Shown: positions 15,658-26,154, numbered from the stretch's first letter. The stretch is DNA of 54,403 nucleotides from a virus (IMGVR_UViG_3300013114_000124:1-54403), one strand, 5' to 3'. Notes: a model not told the origin generated them from the letters alone. Numbers and translations are program-made.

Positions 15658-16767
15658 ATGGCGCAAGTAGAATGCAAAACGGACTTACTAGTAGAAGGAA
15701 AAGTTACAGCTGATTACGCTGTTTTTCCTGCTAACACAACACTACCTTCAACTTCTGCTGAAGCACTATATGCAACTTCAGGTAGTTTATATGTACAATC
15801 AGGTCAACACGTATATAATAGAGCTGATGAAGATGATAGTGGTAGTGGTAATGTGTATTCTTACAGTGGAGGTACAATACTAGGAGCTTTTTATGGGCCT
15901 AATGCAGCTAACTCAATTGGTGGCGTAGGATTAGAAGTGTACGGATATACTAAAACTGATAGTATAATATTAGATAACTTTGAAGAAGCTCAGTGTACTG
16001 CAGCAGGGCAAATCGTCTTTGATATTAATGACACAAATGCTCTACAATCAACAGGTAACTACAACACTAACCCTATAGGCTTATATGTGAACGATGGAGC
16101 TGCTTCAAATAATATAAAAAGAATATGGACTACCGATAACTTTACTAGCGTTGTTGATTTAACAACAGCTCAAACAATAACAGCTAACAAGACTTTTAGT
16201 GGGGCTGATTTACTTTTAAAGGATGACGACAATATTACACTTGGTACAGGTAAAGACACAAACATATTCCACGGTACTCAAGACTCTGATTTAGGCACTC
16301 ACTTTATGACCTCAAGTGGAGGATTCTATTTTAGAAAAGAAGGTACAGTAGCAGAGTTGCTTCATATAGATATATCTGACGGTGACATTAAAGCAACAAA
16401 CGATTTATACGCAAACGATTATTATGGTAATGATGATGTAACTAAAACAGATATACCTGAAAATGCAACTGTTATAAATTCAGTATCTTCAACAGGTAAT
16501 TATGCTGTTAAAGCAGGCAGACTTATTATATCAGATACTTACTTTGTAACCAATACAGGTCAAACAGGTTTTAAAACATTAGCAACACTACCTGTGGGTT
16601 CTAGACCTGATGCACCTAGACAAATAAGAGGTTATGAGGTTGAAAGTGGTGGGGTAGCTGATAACATAGTTTTAATATTATTAGATACAGATGGAACCTT
16701 AAAGACTACAGTAAAATCTGAAGCTTCATATTATTTTGACTATGAGTGTACATTAACACAACCGTAG
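15658..16767 (+). CDS. Tail fibre or receptor-binding protein
   Basis: TAQTITANKTF fibre motif; C-terminal LATLPVGSRP head-domain motif. Confidence 0.7.
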   Translation: MAQVECKTDLLVEGKVTADYAVFPANTTLPSTSAEALYATSGSLYVQSGQHVYNRADEDDSGSGNVYSYSGGTILGAFYGPNAANSIGGVGLEVYGYTKTDSIILDNFEEAQCTAAGQIVFDINDTNALQSTGNYNTNPIGLYVNDGAASNNIKRIWTTDNFTSVVDLTTAQTITANKTFSGADLLLKDDDNITLGTGKDTNIFHGTQDSDLGTHFMTSSGGFYFRKEGTVAELLHIDISDGDIKATNDLYANDYYGNDDVTKTDIPENATVINSVSSTGNYAVKAGRLIISDTYFVTNTGQTGFKTLATLPVGSRPDAPRQIRGYEVESGGVADNIVLILLDTDGTLKTTVKSEASYYFDYECTLTQP

Positions 16768-16842
16768 TTTTTTTATAACCTAATTATTAGTAACTTTGTA
16801 TAAACACTATTATTCATAACTATAAGCAAAAAAAAAGTAAAA

Positions 16843-17343
16843 ATGAAATCAGTAACATTCTTTTTTAAGAAAATAACCCTAGCTAAGGCCATACTCCTTA
16901 CGCTTAGTCCTGTAATAGCTATAATAGTGAATATGAAAACAATGTTAATCGCCCTAGGGTTTATAATCTTTATAGATATGTTGACGGGAATAAGAAAAGG
17001 TTTACACAAAAAAGGTATACCATTTAACCCTATAAAACCTATCTTTTGGAAGAATGTTCAATCAGCAGGTCTAAGGTCTACATGGAGAAAGACTTATGAG
17101 TACGCTATAGGAATAATCGTATTCGCCGTTCTAGACGGAATGGTTTTAGGTAACATTGAAGTAGCTTTATTTCAAAAAACATACTCACTAACCCAAATAG
17201 CAGTAGCAGTGGCCTGTATAATAGAGGCGTACAGTATACACGAAAATATGGAAGCCGTTAGCGGTAACAACTTATTCAAAATATTACTAAAAGGTTTTCC
17301 TGATAAATTCAGCAAAATTTTTAAGGTGATAAGTGGAAAATGA
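16843..17343 (+). CDS. Holin-like membrane protein
   Basis: FIDMLTGIRK, S.GLR.T..K and EAYSIHEN motifs; several TM segments; adjacent to the lysin candidate. Confidence 0.75.
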   Translation: MKSVTFFFKKITLAKAILLTLSPVIAIIVNMKTMLIALGFIIFIDMLTGIRKGLHKKGIPFNPIKPIFWKNVQSAGLRSTWRKTYEYAIGIIVFAVLDGMVLGNIEVALFQKTYSLTQIAVAVACIIEAYSIHENMEAVSGNNLFKILLKGFPDKFSKIFKVISGK

Positions 17344-17759
17344 AAATATTAGTAGAGAGGTACAGTTACGGAGAAAAGCAAACAATAGGTAGGTTATACT
17401 TGTTGAACCGTCACGAGGAGGTGGTAGAGCAATTTTGGTCTTTAGAGCTACCTTGGAAGGATAACGAAAGAAGAGTGTCTTGTATACCTGAAGGTAAGTA
17501 CATAGGTAAGAGACATGAGAGCGTAAAACACGGAGACTCTATTTGGATACAAGATGTACCTGATAGAAGTGAAATATTAATACATAAAGGTAACTACTAT
17601 ACAGATATATTAGGTTGTATCTTGATAGGTAGTGATTTGTACGACATAAATAAAGATGGGTTACTAGACGTAACTAATAGCCGTAATAGTATATATAGAC
17701 TTATGAAAGCTATAGTATTTAAAAAAGGTAGTATAGAAATAGAGGTAAAAAAGATATGA
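17340..17759 (+). CDS. DUF5675-family protein (putative endolysin)
   Basis: TIGRL...LELPW..N...SCIPEG.Y...VP.RS.ILIH.GN...D..GCIL.G. Confidence 0.8.
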   Translation: MKILVERYSYGEKQTIGRLYLLNRHEEVVEQFWSLELPWKDNERRVSCIPEGKYIGKRHESVKHGDSIWIQDVPDRSEILIHKGNYYTDILGCILIGSDLYDINKDGLLDVTNSRNSIYRLMKAIVFKKGSIEIEVKKI

Positions 17760-18064
17760 TAAGAGGCTATATAAAAACAATGGGGTATCTATTCGTACAG
17801 CCTTCAGTAATATCTTACGATAAGCAGAAGCATTGTGCTTTAGCAGTATTCCTGACTATAATTACATACTTCCCTGTATTAGAAGAGTCTGCCAATATAT
17901 TTATTTCATCTGCAGTCTCTTTTGCTTCAGTAAGTTTAATATCTTGGGGAATAGAGTTCTATCAAAAATGGTTTACAACAAACAGACACTTTGATAAGTT
18001 GGATGCTATTTACATGCAGATAACCAATGTAACATTAATATTGTTATATATAATTATATATTAA
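17756..18064 (+). CDS. Membrane protein, VanZ-like
   Basis: DKQKH...IEFYQ...R.FD.LD with three TM segments. Confidence 0.6.
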   Translation: MIRGYIKTMGYLFVQPSVISYDKQKHCALAVFLTIITYFPVLEESANIFISSAVSFASVSLISWGIEFYQKWFTTNRHFDKLDAIYMQITNVTLILLYIIIY

Positions 18065-18065
18065 G

Positions 18066-18530
18066 ATGAGTAATAATCCAAAATTAAAGAAGAACGGAGG
18101 TAAAGGAACTGCTGTAGGCAATTTCTTAAGAAGTATAAACTTTGGTAAAGTAACTGAAGTCGTAGGAAGTGTCCTAAGTGGAGACATTAAATCAGCTGTA
18201 CAAATATTAAGAGATAGTAAAGAGCTCTCCGCAGAACAATTCCAAATTGCCCTAAAAGAGCTTGAGATGGATACTATAGAGATGCAGGAGATAACGAAGA
18301 GGCTACAAAGTGATAACGAACATGATATCACAAGGTTGGTCAGGCCTGTTACTTACGGATTGATGTTCTTTTTGTTTATAGTAGTAGTTATATTAGATGG
18401 TAATATAGGAGAATTTGAAATAAAGGATGCATACGTACCAGTGATAGAATCACTATTCACAACAATGACTGTCTTCTACTTTGGCTCAAGAGGACTTGAA
18501 AAGATGGTTAAGACATTTAAAAGAAAATAA
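18066..18530 (+). CDS. Holin-like membrane protein (3TM/GTA-holin-like)
   Basis: RLQSD...LVRP...FYFGSRGLEK motifs. Confidence 0.7.
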   Translation: MSNNPKLKKNGGKGTAVGNFLRSINFGKVTEVVGSVLSGDIKSAVQILRDSKELSAEQFQIALKELEMDTIEMQEITKRLQSDNEHDITRLVRPVTYGLMFFLFIVVVILDGNIGEFEIKDAYVPVIESLFTTMTVFYFGSRGLEKMVKTFKRK

Positions 18531-18535
18531 TAGTA

Positions 18536-19810
18536 ATGGCAAAAATAGACAACGACACAGCTTACATACTAGATTTACAAATAGACCCTAACGACACCGT
18601 AATAGGCTCAGACGCAAATGCTGCAGGCAGAACAAAGCAATATAGTTTTGGTCAAATAGCAGCTTTCTTACAAACATCTCCTGACGTAGCGCCTGGTCTA
18701 CAAACAGTAGTGGACATAGAGAATACAACTACTAGAGACATAGAGTTTTTAAGTGACGCAAAGTTACTCATAACAGACCAAGTTTCTTACTCCCCTATAT
18801 TAGGAGCGAAGATGGAAATGACTCTCACTGACACTAGTACAAGTAGTCTTTACGGCTCTTTAAAATACATAAAAAAATCAAACGGCACAGGTTCAGAAAC
18901 ATCGGTAGCTAGTTATAACTACATAGAAAATAACGGAGATGTTGACTACGGTTTTCTAAGAGGAGGGTGGAATCACACAAGGGACACAAAAACAGGTGTA
19001 CCTCATCAAATGGTATCAGGAGAAAACCTAATTCAGTTTAGAAACTCTAATACTTCAGGAACCGGAGTAGTAAGTTTATTATCGGGTCTAGAAAACACCG
19101 TATCCCTTCAAAACTACGGGTTCAACGGAACTTTACAAAACGTTCTAGGATGTAGAAGTCAAGTCCAAGCTGACGTACCTGACGCAACAATAGAGGATGT
19201 GTTTGTTATGCTGTCTGAATTAGATATATCTAATGGAACTACAATAAACCATTGGGTAGGTATTCAGATAGATGTTACTCAAACACAAGGAGAAGGACAA
19301 ATCTTGGGCGGCTCTTTCTTAGAGATAGCACAAGGTATAGATGAGGACATGGCTAGAACAAACGGCATTAAAGCTATAAACAGTTTAGTAGATATACCTT
19401 CTTTCTTCTTAGGAGACATAGAATTAGGAGACGGAGTATACTCAGCCGCTTTAAGAAACGGAGAGAACCAAACATCAGATATAATAGTAGAAACACCAAA
19501 AGTATCAGGTGTACTAGCTTTAAATCCTATACTAGAAGAAGACACTAACGTTACAGGAACAAAAGATATAGATTGGGATAAAGATACATTTAACCTTACT
19601 TTAACAGGCAACACAACCCTTACTCAGTCTAATTTACCTGAAACAAATATAACTAAGACAATAACTATCTACACAACAGGTAACTTCGACTTAACACTAC
19701 CTGCAAGTTGGGATAGGGTGCAGGGTTCTTATGACTCTGATTCAGATAATCAAATAGTTGTAGAATACATAAGCCCTGGCAATTATTGGGTTAGCATATC
19801 AAATATATAA
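18536..19810 (+). CDS. Tail fibre or spike-like structural protein
   Basis: N-terminal D.VIGSD...TK.Y motif; GLQTVVD...TT fibre motif; C-terminal IDW...FNLTLTGNTTL domain. Confidence 0.65.
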   Translation: MAKIDNDTAYILDLQIDPNDTVIGSDANAAGRTKQYSFGQIAAFLQTSPDVAPGLQTVVDIENTTTRDIEFLSDAKLLITDQVSYSPILGAKMEMTLTDTSTSSLYGSLKYIKKSNGTGSETSVASYNYIENNGDVDYGFLRGGWNHTRDTKTGVPHQMVSGENLIQFRNSNTSGTGVVSLLSGLENTVSLQNYGFNGTLQNVLGCRSQVQADVPDATIEDVFVMLSELDISNGTTINHWVGIQIDVTQTQGEGQILGGSFLEIAQGIDEDMARTNGIKAINSLVDIPSFFLGDIELGDGVYSAALRNGENQTSDIIVETPKVSGVLALNPILEEDTNVTGTKDIDWDKDTFNLTLTGNTTLTQSNLPETNITKTITIYTTGNFDLTLPASWDRVQGSYDSDSDNQIVVEYISPGNYWVSISNI

Positions 19811-19812
19811 TT

Positions 19813-20112
19813 ATGGCAGGTAAAAAAAATTTTTTCAAACCTATCGTAGAAGAGAATGTTTTAGTAGCTTTCAATGTTAGTGTAACAGTTTACCCTGACG
19901 CTTGTACTTTCGTAGACGGTAACGCCTACCCTCCTTACTTTATCACATTTTATCACAACGGAGCAGGCGCAACGCCTACAATAGGTGACACAGTGTATAC
20001 AGATGCAGAAGGAACTACAGTAACCCCACCTAACGGGTACTATGTAGAAGCCACACTAACTAAATTAGCTATAGGCGCAGGCGGAGTAGTAGTTGACCCA
20101 GGTTGTAGGTAA
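19813..20112 (+). CDS. Small structural protein sharing a module with the C-terminus of 31249..35349
   Basis: YHNGAGATPTIGDTVYTD versus YHDGAFFSPGIGDKVYID. Confidence 0.65.
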   Translation: MAGKKNFFKPIVEENVLVAFNVSVTVYPDACTFVDGNAYPPYFITFYHNGAGATPTIGDTVYTDAEGTTVTPPNGYYVEATLTKLAIGAGGVVVDPGCR

Positions 20113-20171
20113 ATTACAGGTACAGTAAATTTTATTATATTTGTAATAAATCTAATTTAATTTAATTAAAA

Positions 20172-20402
20172 ATGAAAGGGAGCATAAGAAAAATTATAGT
20201 TGGTGACAGCTATAACTTCAACATCAAGTACTTAAAAGGCACAGAATACAGAGTAGGCCCTAGAAAGTGCACAATTACAGATTTTATTACTAACGAGGAC
20301 GAGTCAATCGATATCTATGTTACAGATGGTACTTCCGTATTTATTTGGAAGACTATCATAAGTAAACCATTAGAGATTGAGTACGACGTAAACTTTGAGT
20401 AA
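20172..20402 (+). CDS. Conserved hypothetical protein upstream of the co-chaperonin and terminase
   Basis: IRKIIVG...WK...IEYD; promoter box TATATTTG at 20136. Confidence 0.75.
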   Translation: MKGSIRKIIVGDSYNFNIKYLKGTEYRVGPRKCTITDFITNEDESIDIYVTDGTSVFIWKTIISKPLEIEYDVNFE

Positions 20403-20403
20403 T

Positions 20404-20982
20404 ATGAAATCTAGTTACTATTTTATAGTAGAGGTAGAGAAAGATTATAACAACTACGAGACTCTACCTAACGGTTTAAAAATTATGACTAATAACTCTA
20501 TAGAAACTGTAGAGGCTATTAACAGAGTAGGTACTATAATATCAGCACCCAAAGGCACAATAGCTGACAAAGGGGACAAGCTACTTTTTCACCACAATAT
20601 ATGTAGGAGAGAACACGGATTCAAAGGAGCTAAAAGGCTAAGCCCTTTTCAAGTAACTAAGAATATCTTCTTTGTACCTATAATGGAATCTTACATGATA
20701 GACAAAGGTAATGGTTGGCAATCAGTAGACCCATATGTATTTCTACTACCGATAAAAGAAGAACCTAAAGTATTAGCTAATGGCCTAAAGATTGTAGCTA
20801 AAGACCACAAAGGTATGAACGAATACTCGGGTATAGTAGCTTACGGAAATAAAGCTTTAGAGCAACAAGGGATAAAAGAAGGAGATGTAGTAGGTTTTAC
20901 AGAGTACTCTCAACATGAGTATGAACTTGACGGAAAGATATACTACAGAATGACTACTAATGATATAACATGTAAATATTAA
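20404..20982 (+). CDS. GroES-like protein with two tandem Cpn10-like domains
   Basis: Two GLKI...G.(I/V)...(K/E)GD.(L/V).F units; ends EYELDGKIYYRMTTNDI; ATG at 20404 preferred over 20395. Confidence 0.7.
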   Translation: MKSSYYFIVEVEKDYNNYETLPNGLKIMTNNSIETVEAINRVGTIISAPKGTIADKGDKLLFHHNICRREHGFKGAKRLSPFQVTKNIFFVPIMESYMIDKGNGWQSVDPYVFLLPIKEEPKVLANGLKIVAKDHKGMNEYSGIVAYGNKALEQQGIKEGDVVGFTEYSQHEYELDGKIYYRMTTNDITCKY

Positions 20983-20983
20983 G

Positions 20984-23632
20984 ATGCAAGGATTATCTAG
21001 TGACATACAACAAGGATTAGACGTTATAATAGAAGGTCTTAACTATGAGTTTGAGGTTGACGCCATAGAACCTGATAAGATTAAGGCAACTATGGCATCT
21101 AAATTATCTTCATTTAAGATTGCTAAACAGTTGTTACTTAAGTGGTATAATAGCCCTAATTCACCTTCTCAGAGCAAATTCGAGAACTATGTGACGGATA
21201 TCATAGATTCAGGAGAAAAGTCTCTTAAAACGCTTAGAAAAGCTTTAAAAGCAAAAATAGACTACGACGAGCTAGAAGAACATAAACATAAGGCCGCAAT
21301 GGAGGCAAAATTGGTTATACTGAATAGTATTAACGAAATGGAGTCGTCTATAGTAGAATTAAAGGTTCAGCTAGACAGCGGTACAATTAACCTTAAAGAG
21401 TCAGAGTTTGACAGAGGTTGGGCAGAAAAGTACTCTTGCCAAGAGTTTTACCCTGAATCTAACTACTACAAAGATTGGTTAAATAAAGAAGATGACGCAG
21501 TTGTTATAGACCCTTTAGGTTCTAGGGGAGAGATAATAATTTTAGACGGACTTAAGGTACAACTACCAAAACCTCCTAAATCAAGCAAGGACATCTTATT
21601 CCACGATAAGAAGAAAGAAGACCAATTTTGGACAAGGCAAGAACCACCTAAAGGTTTAATACCCGATAACGCAGAGAGTTACACAGAGTATATACTAGAA
21701 GAGTTTAGAAGAAGGAGAGAAGGTGTTTGGTTTTATAACAGAGGTGAAAAGGTGTACCTACCAGGGGAGTACTACTTTTACTTACAATGGGGCAGAATAT
21801 TCGACGGAGGTATAAGACCACAATTTAGATACGCACAATTAGACATGTTCTATCACGCAAAAGCTTGTATGATAGATACACGTTGTCTAGGGCAAATATT
21901 CTTGAAGTCTAGACGTACAGGTTTTACGTATATATTAGTTGCTATCATCTTAGAGAGTGTAACATCTACACTTAACAGACACCACGGACTGACATCTATG
22001 ACAGAGGACGACGCTGAAAAAGCTTTTAGTAAACTGTCTTACATGTTCCAAGAGTTACCTTTCTTCTTTCAACCTATAGTAAAAGGTAAAGTAGACTCAC
22101 CTAAAAAGTTAGACTTCGGTAAACCTAGTAACGCAACTAAAAAGGCTAAGAAAGAAAAGGACACAACTACAGACGGATACTTAAACTCATCAGTTGACTT
22201 TGAAGCAACTAAAGTAAAAGCTTATGATGGTCAGTCTATGAAGATATACCTCGGAGACGAGAGTGCTAAGTGGGAGAGAGCGAGTTACATAGAACACTTG
22301 AATACACTTATGCCTACTGCCTTTCAGGGTGGTAGAGTTGTAGGTAAGATATTTTTAGGTTCTACAATGGGTAGACTAGATAAGGGTGGAGAAGATTTCA
22401 AAACCTTATACGTAAACTCTAAAGTTGTAGACAGAAGAGACTCAGGATTTACTCCTACAAAACTATACTCATACTTTCTACCTGCACACAAAAACTACGA
22501 AGCTTGTATAGATAAGTATGGCTTCTGTCACGAAAAGGCACCGAAAGAAAAGACTTACAATATCTTTGGTACACTGATAGAAAAAGGTTCTGTACAACAG
22601 ATACAAGAGTATTACGCAGACGCTAAGAAATCAGGAGAGGTAGCACTTAATGCAGCTTATAGAGCGTTCCCTATGACAGAGAACCACGCTATGAGAGATG
22701 AAGCTGAATCATGTGTATTCAACTTAGGCAAGATTACAGACCAACAAGATTATAACGACACACTAGAAGAACACGAACTTTATGTAAGAGGTAACTTTGA
22801 GTGGGTAAACGGAAGACATTCCTCAGTAGAGTTTTACCCTGACGAAAGAGGTAGGTTCAAAGTTTGTTGGATGCCATCAAGAGCTGACGGAACATATCAA
22901 CTCAGAAATAATGTTGTTAAAATAAGAGACGTTTGGTTCCCTAAGAACGACTACGGTTGTATAGGCGTTGACTGTTATGGTAGTTATACTAAAGGTGTAA
23001 ACAGACAGTCTAAAGGTGCCGCGCACGCATTTTCAAAAGCTAGCAACACTGTAGGAGCGCCTAGAGACCAATTTTTATTTGAATACATAGAAAAACCTGC
23101 AACACAAGATATATTTAACGACGATATAATAAAAGCAGCGTGGTTCTACGGAATACCAATACTAGCTGAGAACAACAGAAGAGATTTTGTTAGGTATATA
23201 TACTTAGACGGAACAGGAGGGTTCTCTATGAAGAGAGTTGATAAACTTGCATCAGAACTTCGAGGTGACGACGCCCTCTTAGGAGGACAGCCTATGACAG
23301 GTAAGGACATACTAGATTCTCACGAAAATGGTTTAAGGACTTATATCCAAAGAAGACTTGGCTATGCTAATGACACAGAAAGTATGAAGTTTAGACCTGA
23401 AGGAGAAATGGGAAAAATGCCTTTTGAAGAAACAATGAACGATTGGAAAAAGTTCGACCCAAACAACAGAACAGCTCATGACGCAACGATTTCATCGGGA
23501 TTGGCTATCATGGGATGCGCAAGGGAAAAGTATAAACCAACACGTAAAAAAAGAGACCCTAAAAAATTTGTACCTTTGTTGAAGAAGTATAACAACTCAG
23601 GACAATACGGCACTTTAATAAAAGGTAGATGA
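20984..23632 (+). CDS. terL: Terminase large subunit with ~150-aa N-terminal extension
   Basis: Walker A LKSRRTGFT; Walker B IYLGDESAKW; coupling motif GST; nuclease IGVDCY and HDATISSGLA. Confidence 0.9.
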   Translation: MQGLSSDIQQGLDVIIEGLNYEFEVDAIEPDKIKATMASKLSSFKIAKQLLLKWYNSPNSPSQSKFENYVTDIIDSGEKSLKTLRKALKAKIDYDELEEHKHKAAMEAKLVILNSINEMESSIVELKVQLDSGTINLKESEFDRGWAEKYSCQEFYPESNYYKDWLNKEDDAVVIDPLGSRGEIIILDGLKVQLPKPPKSSKDILFHDKKKEDQFWTRQEPPKGLIPDNAESYTEYILEEFRRRREGVWFYNRGEKVYLPGEYYFYLQWGRIFDGGIRPQFRYAQLDMFYHAKACMIDTRCLGQIFLKSRRTGFTYILVAIILESVTSTLNRHHGLTSMTEDDAEKAFSKLSYMFQELPFFFQPIVKGKVDSPKKLDFGKPSNATKKAKKEKDTTTDGYLNSSVDFEATKVKAYDGQSMKIYLGDESAKWERASYIEHLNTLMPTAFQGGRVVGKIFLGSTMGRLDKGGEDFKTLYVNSKVVDRRDSGFTPTKLYSYFLPAHKNYEACIDKYGFCHEKAPKEKTYNIFGTLIEKGSVQQIQEYYADAKKSGEVALNAAYRAFPMTENHAMRDEAESCVFNLGKITDQQDYNDTLEEHELYVRGNFEWVNGRHSSVEFYPDERGRFKVCWMPSRADGTYQLRNNVVKIRDVWFPKNDYGCIGVDCYGSYTKGVNRQSKGAAHAFSKASNTVGAPRDQFLFEYIEKPATQDIFNDDIIKAAWFYGIPILAENNRRDFVRYIYLDGTGGFSMKRVDKLASELRGDDALLGGQPMTGKDILDSHENGLRTYIQRRLGYANDTESMKFRPEGEMGKMPFEETMNDWKKFDPNNRTAHDATISSGLAIMGCAREKYKPTRKKRDPKKFVPLLKKYNNSGQYGTLIKGR

Positions 23633-26106
23633 GAAAAAATTATAAGTATTTAAAAATGTCTGCGAATTCCGCTAGGCCTAATCCGCTTGCCTCATCAGAG
23701 GAGAAAGATACTGAAGAGTACGGATTAAAGTACGCTAACTTAATAGAATCGGAATGGTTCTACATAAAAGACGGTAATAGCGGTAATAGTTATCAAGATA
23801 AGAGACAGAAGTTTGATAAATTAAGAAAGTACGCGAGAGGAGAACACTCTACAGATTTACACAAGGAACTTATAACAGGAGGTACAGACGGAGAGTCTTA
23901 TTCTAATTACGATTGGAGACCTATCCAAATACTACCTAAGTTTGTTAAGTTAGTTGTTAACCAAATGTTAGAGAGACTATATCAGATAGACGCTAAAGCT
24001 GTCGACGGAGTTTCTCAAGGTTTAAGAGATAAGCATAAAGAGCTTTTACAAAACCTTATGGTTAATAAGCAAATGTACTCACAAGCTAAAGATGAATTAG
24101 GAGTAGACTTAGTACCGCCAGGTATGGAACCTCCTGATACACCTGAAGAAATAGATTTAAGAATGAATCTAGAGTATAAGCCAAACATAGAGATTGCTAT
24201 GGAGGAGGCTATAAAATATACTCTTAATATAAATGAGTACGACGAAGAGCAGAAACAACTACTAAAAGATTTAGTAGAGATAGGAGTATGCGCAGTATAT
24301 CACTCGACTGACCCTTCTAAAGGCCTTAAAGTAGAGGCAATAGACCCTGCAGACATGGTGTGGTCTTACCCTACCAAAAAGAATTTTGGTAACGTTTATT
24401 ACTACGGAAGAGTAAAACGTATGACTGTAAATGAATTACAGAGAATTGCAGGACGTAAGTTTACAGACGAAGAGATTAGAGATTTTGCTAACGTATCTAG
24501 TGAGTGGCAAGGCTACAACAAGATATCAAATGAGTTTTGGTACAGAGGAGAAGACTTATCTGCCCACATGGTAGATGTACTATTCTTTACTTTCAAAACG
24601 ACTAAAAATAAGAAGTATAAAAAGAAGTACAGAAAAGACGGTTCTTTCACTATCAAAGAAAGAGAGTCAACTTTCATTAAGCCTGACAGCATAAGAGATA
24701 AAGAAATAGCTCAAGGATATAAAGAGTTTGATGTACTAGAAGAAGTAATGGACGTGTGGTACGAAGGAGCTAAGGTTCTAGGTACTCAGTCTTTATTTAA
24801 TTACAGAGAGTGTTCTACTATGGTTAGACCTGAAGGATACTTACAATCAGAAGCTATGTCAAACTACATAGTTTACGCACCTGAATTATACCAAGGAAGG
24901 ATACAATCTTTAGTAGAGAGAGTTATACCTGATATAGACCAAATGCAACAGCTTAAGATTAAAATTCAACAATTCATATCTAAAGCTAAACCAAATGGTA
25001 TTTTCATAGATATAGACGGATTAGACGAAGTTGATTTAGGAAACGGTAATACACTTACTCCATTAGAACTTATCAGATTCTATGATGACACAGGTAATAT
25101 GATAGGTACATCTAGAATGGCTGACGGCTCTATACAAAACGGAAGAGCTATCCAAGAACTTAACAACGGTCAGATAGCAGGTTTAGAGCAACTCATGAAC
25201 GCGTATAACTTTTCTTTTAACTTACTAAGAGACGCTATAGGTATAGGCCAAGGAGCAGACGCATCTTTACCTCACCCTGACACATCAGTGGGAGCTCTTC
25301 AGCAACAACAGATAAACTCTAATGTTGCTACTAGATACATACTAGACGCTCAACTTAAGATGACTCAGTACTTAGCAGAAGGATTATCATTAAGGTTGAG
25401 AGATATATTCAAATATCCTAGATTACTTAAGGCTTATATTAACTCTATAGGTAAGGTTAACGTAGAGATAATCAAATCAATAAATAACTTACACCTTCAC
25501 GATTTTGGTATAACTATAACACTTAAGCCTGACGCACAAGAGAAAGCTTTATTAGAGCAGAACATACAAGCAGAAATAGCTCAAGGAGGTTTATCTACAA
25601 CTGACGGAATAGATATCAGAAGAGTGGGTAACTTAGCTTTGGCTAATCAAATGCTTAAGATAAGAAAAGAGAAGCACGTAAAAGAAGCTCACGCAAGAGA
25701 GATGGAGAAAATCCAAGCTCAAGCAGAGAGTAACACACAAGCAGCTCAAGCAGCGTCTCAGATAAAACAGGAAGAGTTCCATATAACTAATCAAGGTAAA
25801 CTAGAATTAGAGAAAGTTAAAGGAGATAATGCTCTACAACTGATAAATAGAGAACTTGAAGCTAAGAAAGAACTTATGGCTTTAGAGTACGAATACCAAA
25901 CGGGCATAAAGAAGAAAGAGAGCGATAACCTAAAAGATAGGGAAACTATAAAAGAAGATAGAAAAGATAAAAGGCAAGCTGAATCTGCTACGCAACAATC
26001 TAGAATAAAAGCAGAGTCTAAGAAAGAAAATCCTCAGCCAATAGAGTTTCAGTCAGCTAACGCAACTATGACTGGAGACTTTGGAATGGACGATTTTACC
26101 GTATAA
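23629..26106 (+). CDS. Portal protein
   Basis: Directly after terL; 825 aa; YARGE, DWRPIQILPKFV; C-terminal coiled coil as in crAss-like portals. Confidence 0.85.
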   Translation: MRKNYKYLKMSANSARPNPLASSEEKDTEEYGLKYANLIESEWFYIKDGNSGNSYQDKRQKFDKLRKYARGEHSTDLHKELITGGTDGESYSNYDWRPIQILPKFVKLVVNQMLERLYQIDAKAVDGVSQGLRDKHKELLQNLMVNKQMYSQAKDELGVDLVPPGMEPPDTPEEIDLRMNLEYKPNIEIAMEEAIKYTLNINEYDEEQKQLLKDLVEIGVCAVYHSTDPSKGLKVEAIDPADMVWSYPTKKNFGNVYYYGRVKRMTVNELQRIAGRKFTDEEIRDFANVSSEWQGYNKISNEFWYRGEDLSAHMVDVLFFTFKTTKNKKYKKKYRKDGSFTIKERESTFIKPDSIRDKEIAQGYKEFDVLEEVMDVWYEGAKVLGTQSLFNYRECSTMVRPEGYLQSEAMSNYIVYAPELYQGRIQSLVERVIPDIDQMQQLKIKIQQFISKAKPNGIFIDIDGLDEVDLGNGNTLTPLELIRFYDDTGNMIGTSRMADGSIQNGRAIQELNNGQIAGLEQLMNAYNFSFNLLRDAIGIGQGADASLPHPDTSVGALQQQQINSNVATRYILDAQLKMTQYLAEGLSLRLRDIFKYPRLLKAYINSIGKVNVEIIKSINNLHLHDFGITITLKPDAQEKALLEQNIQAEIAQGGLSTTDGIDIRRVGNLALANQMLKIRKEKHVKEAHAREMEKIQAQAESNTQAAQAASQIKQEEFHITNQGKLELEKVKGDNALQLINRELEAKKELMALEYEYQTGIKKKESDNLKDRETIKEDRKDKRQAESATQQSRIKAESKKENPQPIEFQSANATMTGDFGMDDFTV

Positions 26107-26154
26107 TATTTTTATTATCTTTGTAGTAATTAAATTTAATTAAATCTAAAAAAC

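Noticed and set aside
13690-19810. Diversity-generating retroelement acting on tail fibres
   Set aside because: No reverse transcriptase and no TR/VR pair differing at adenines was seen
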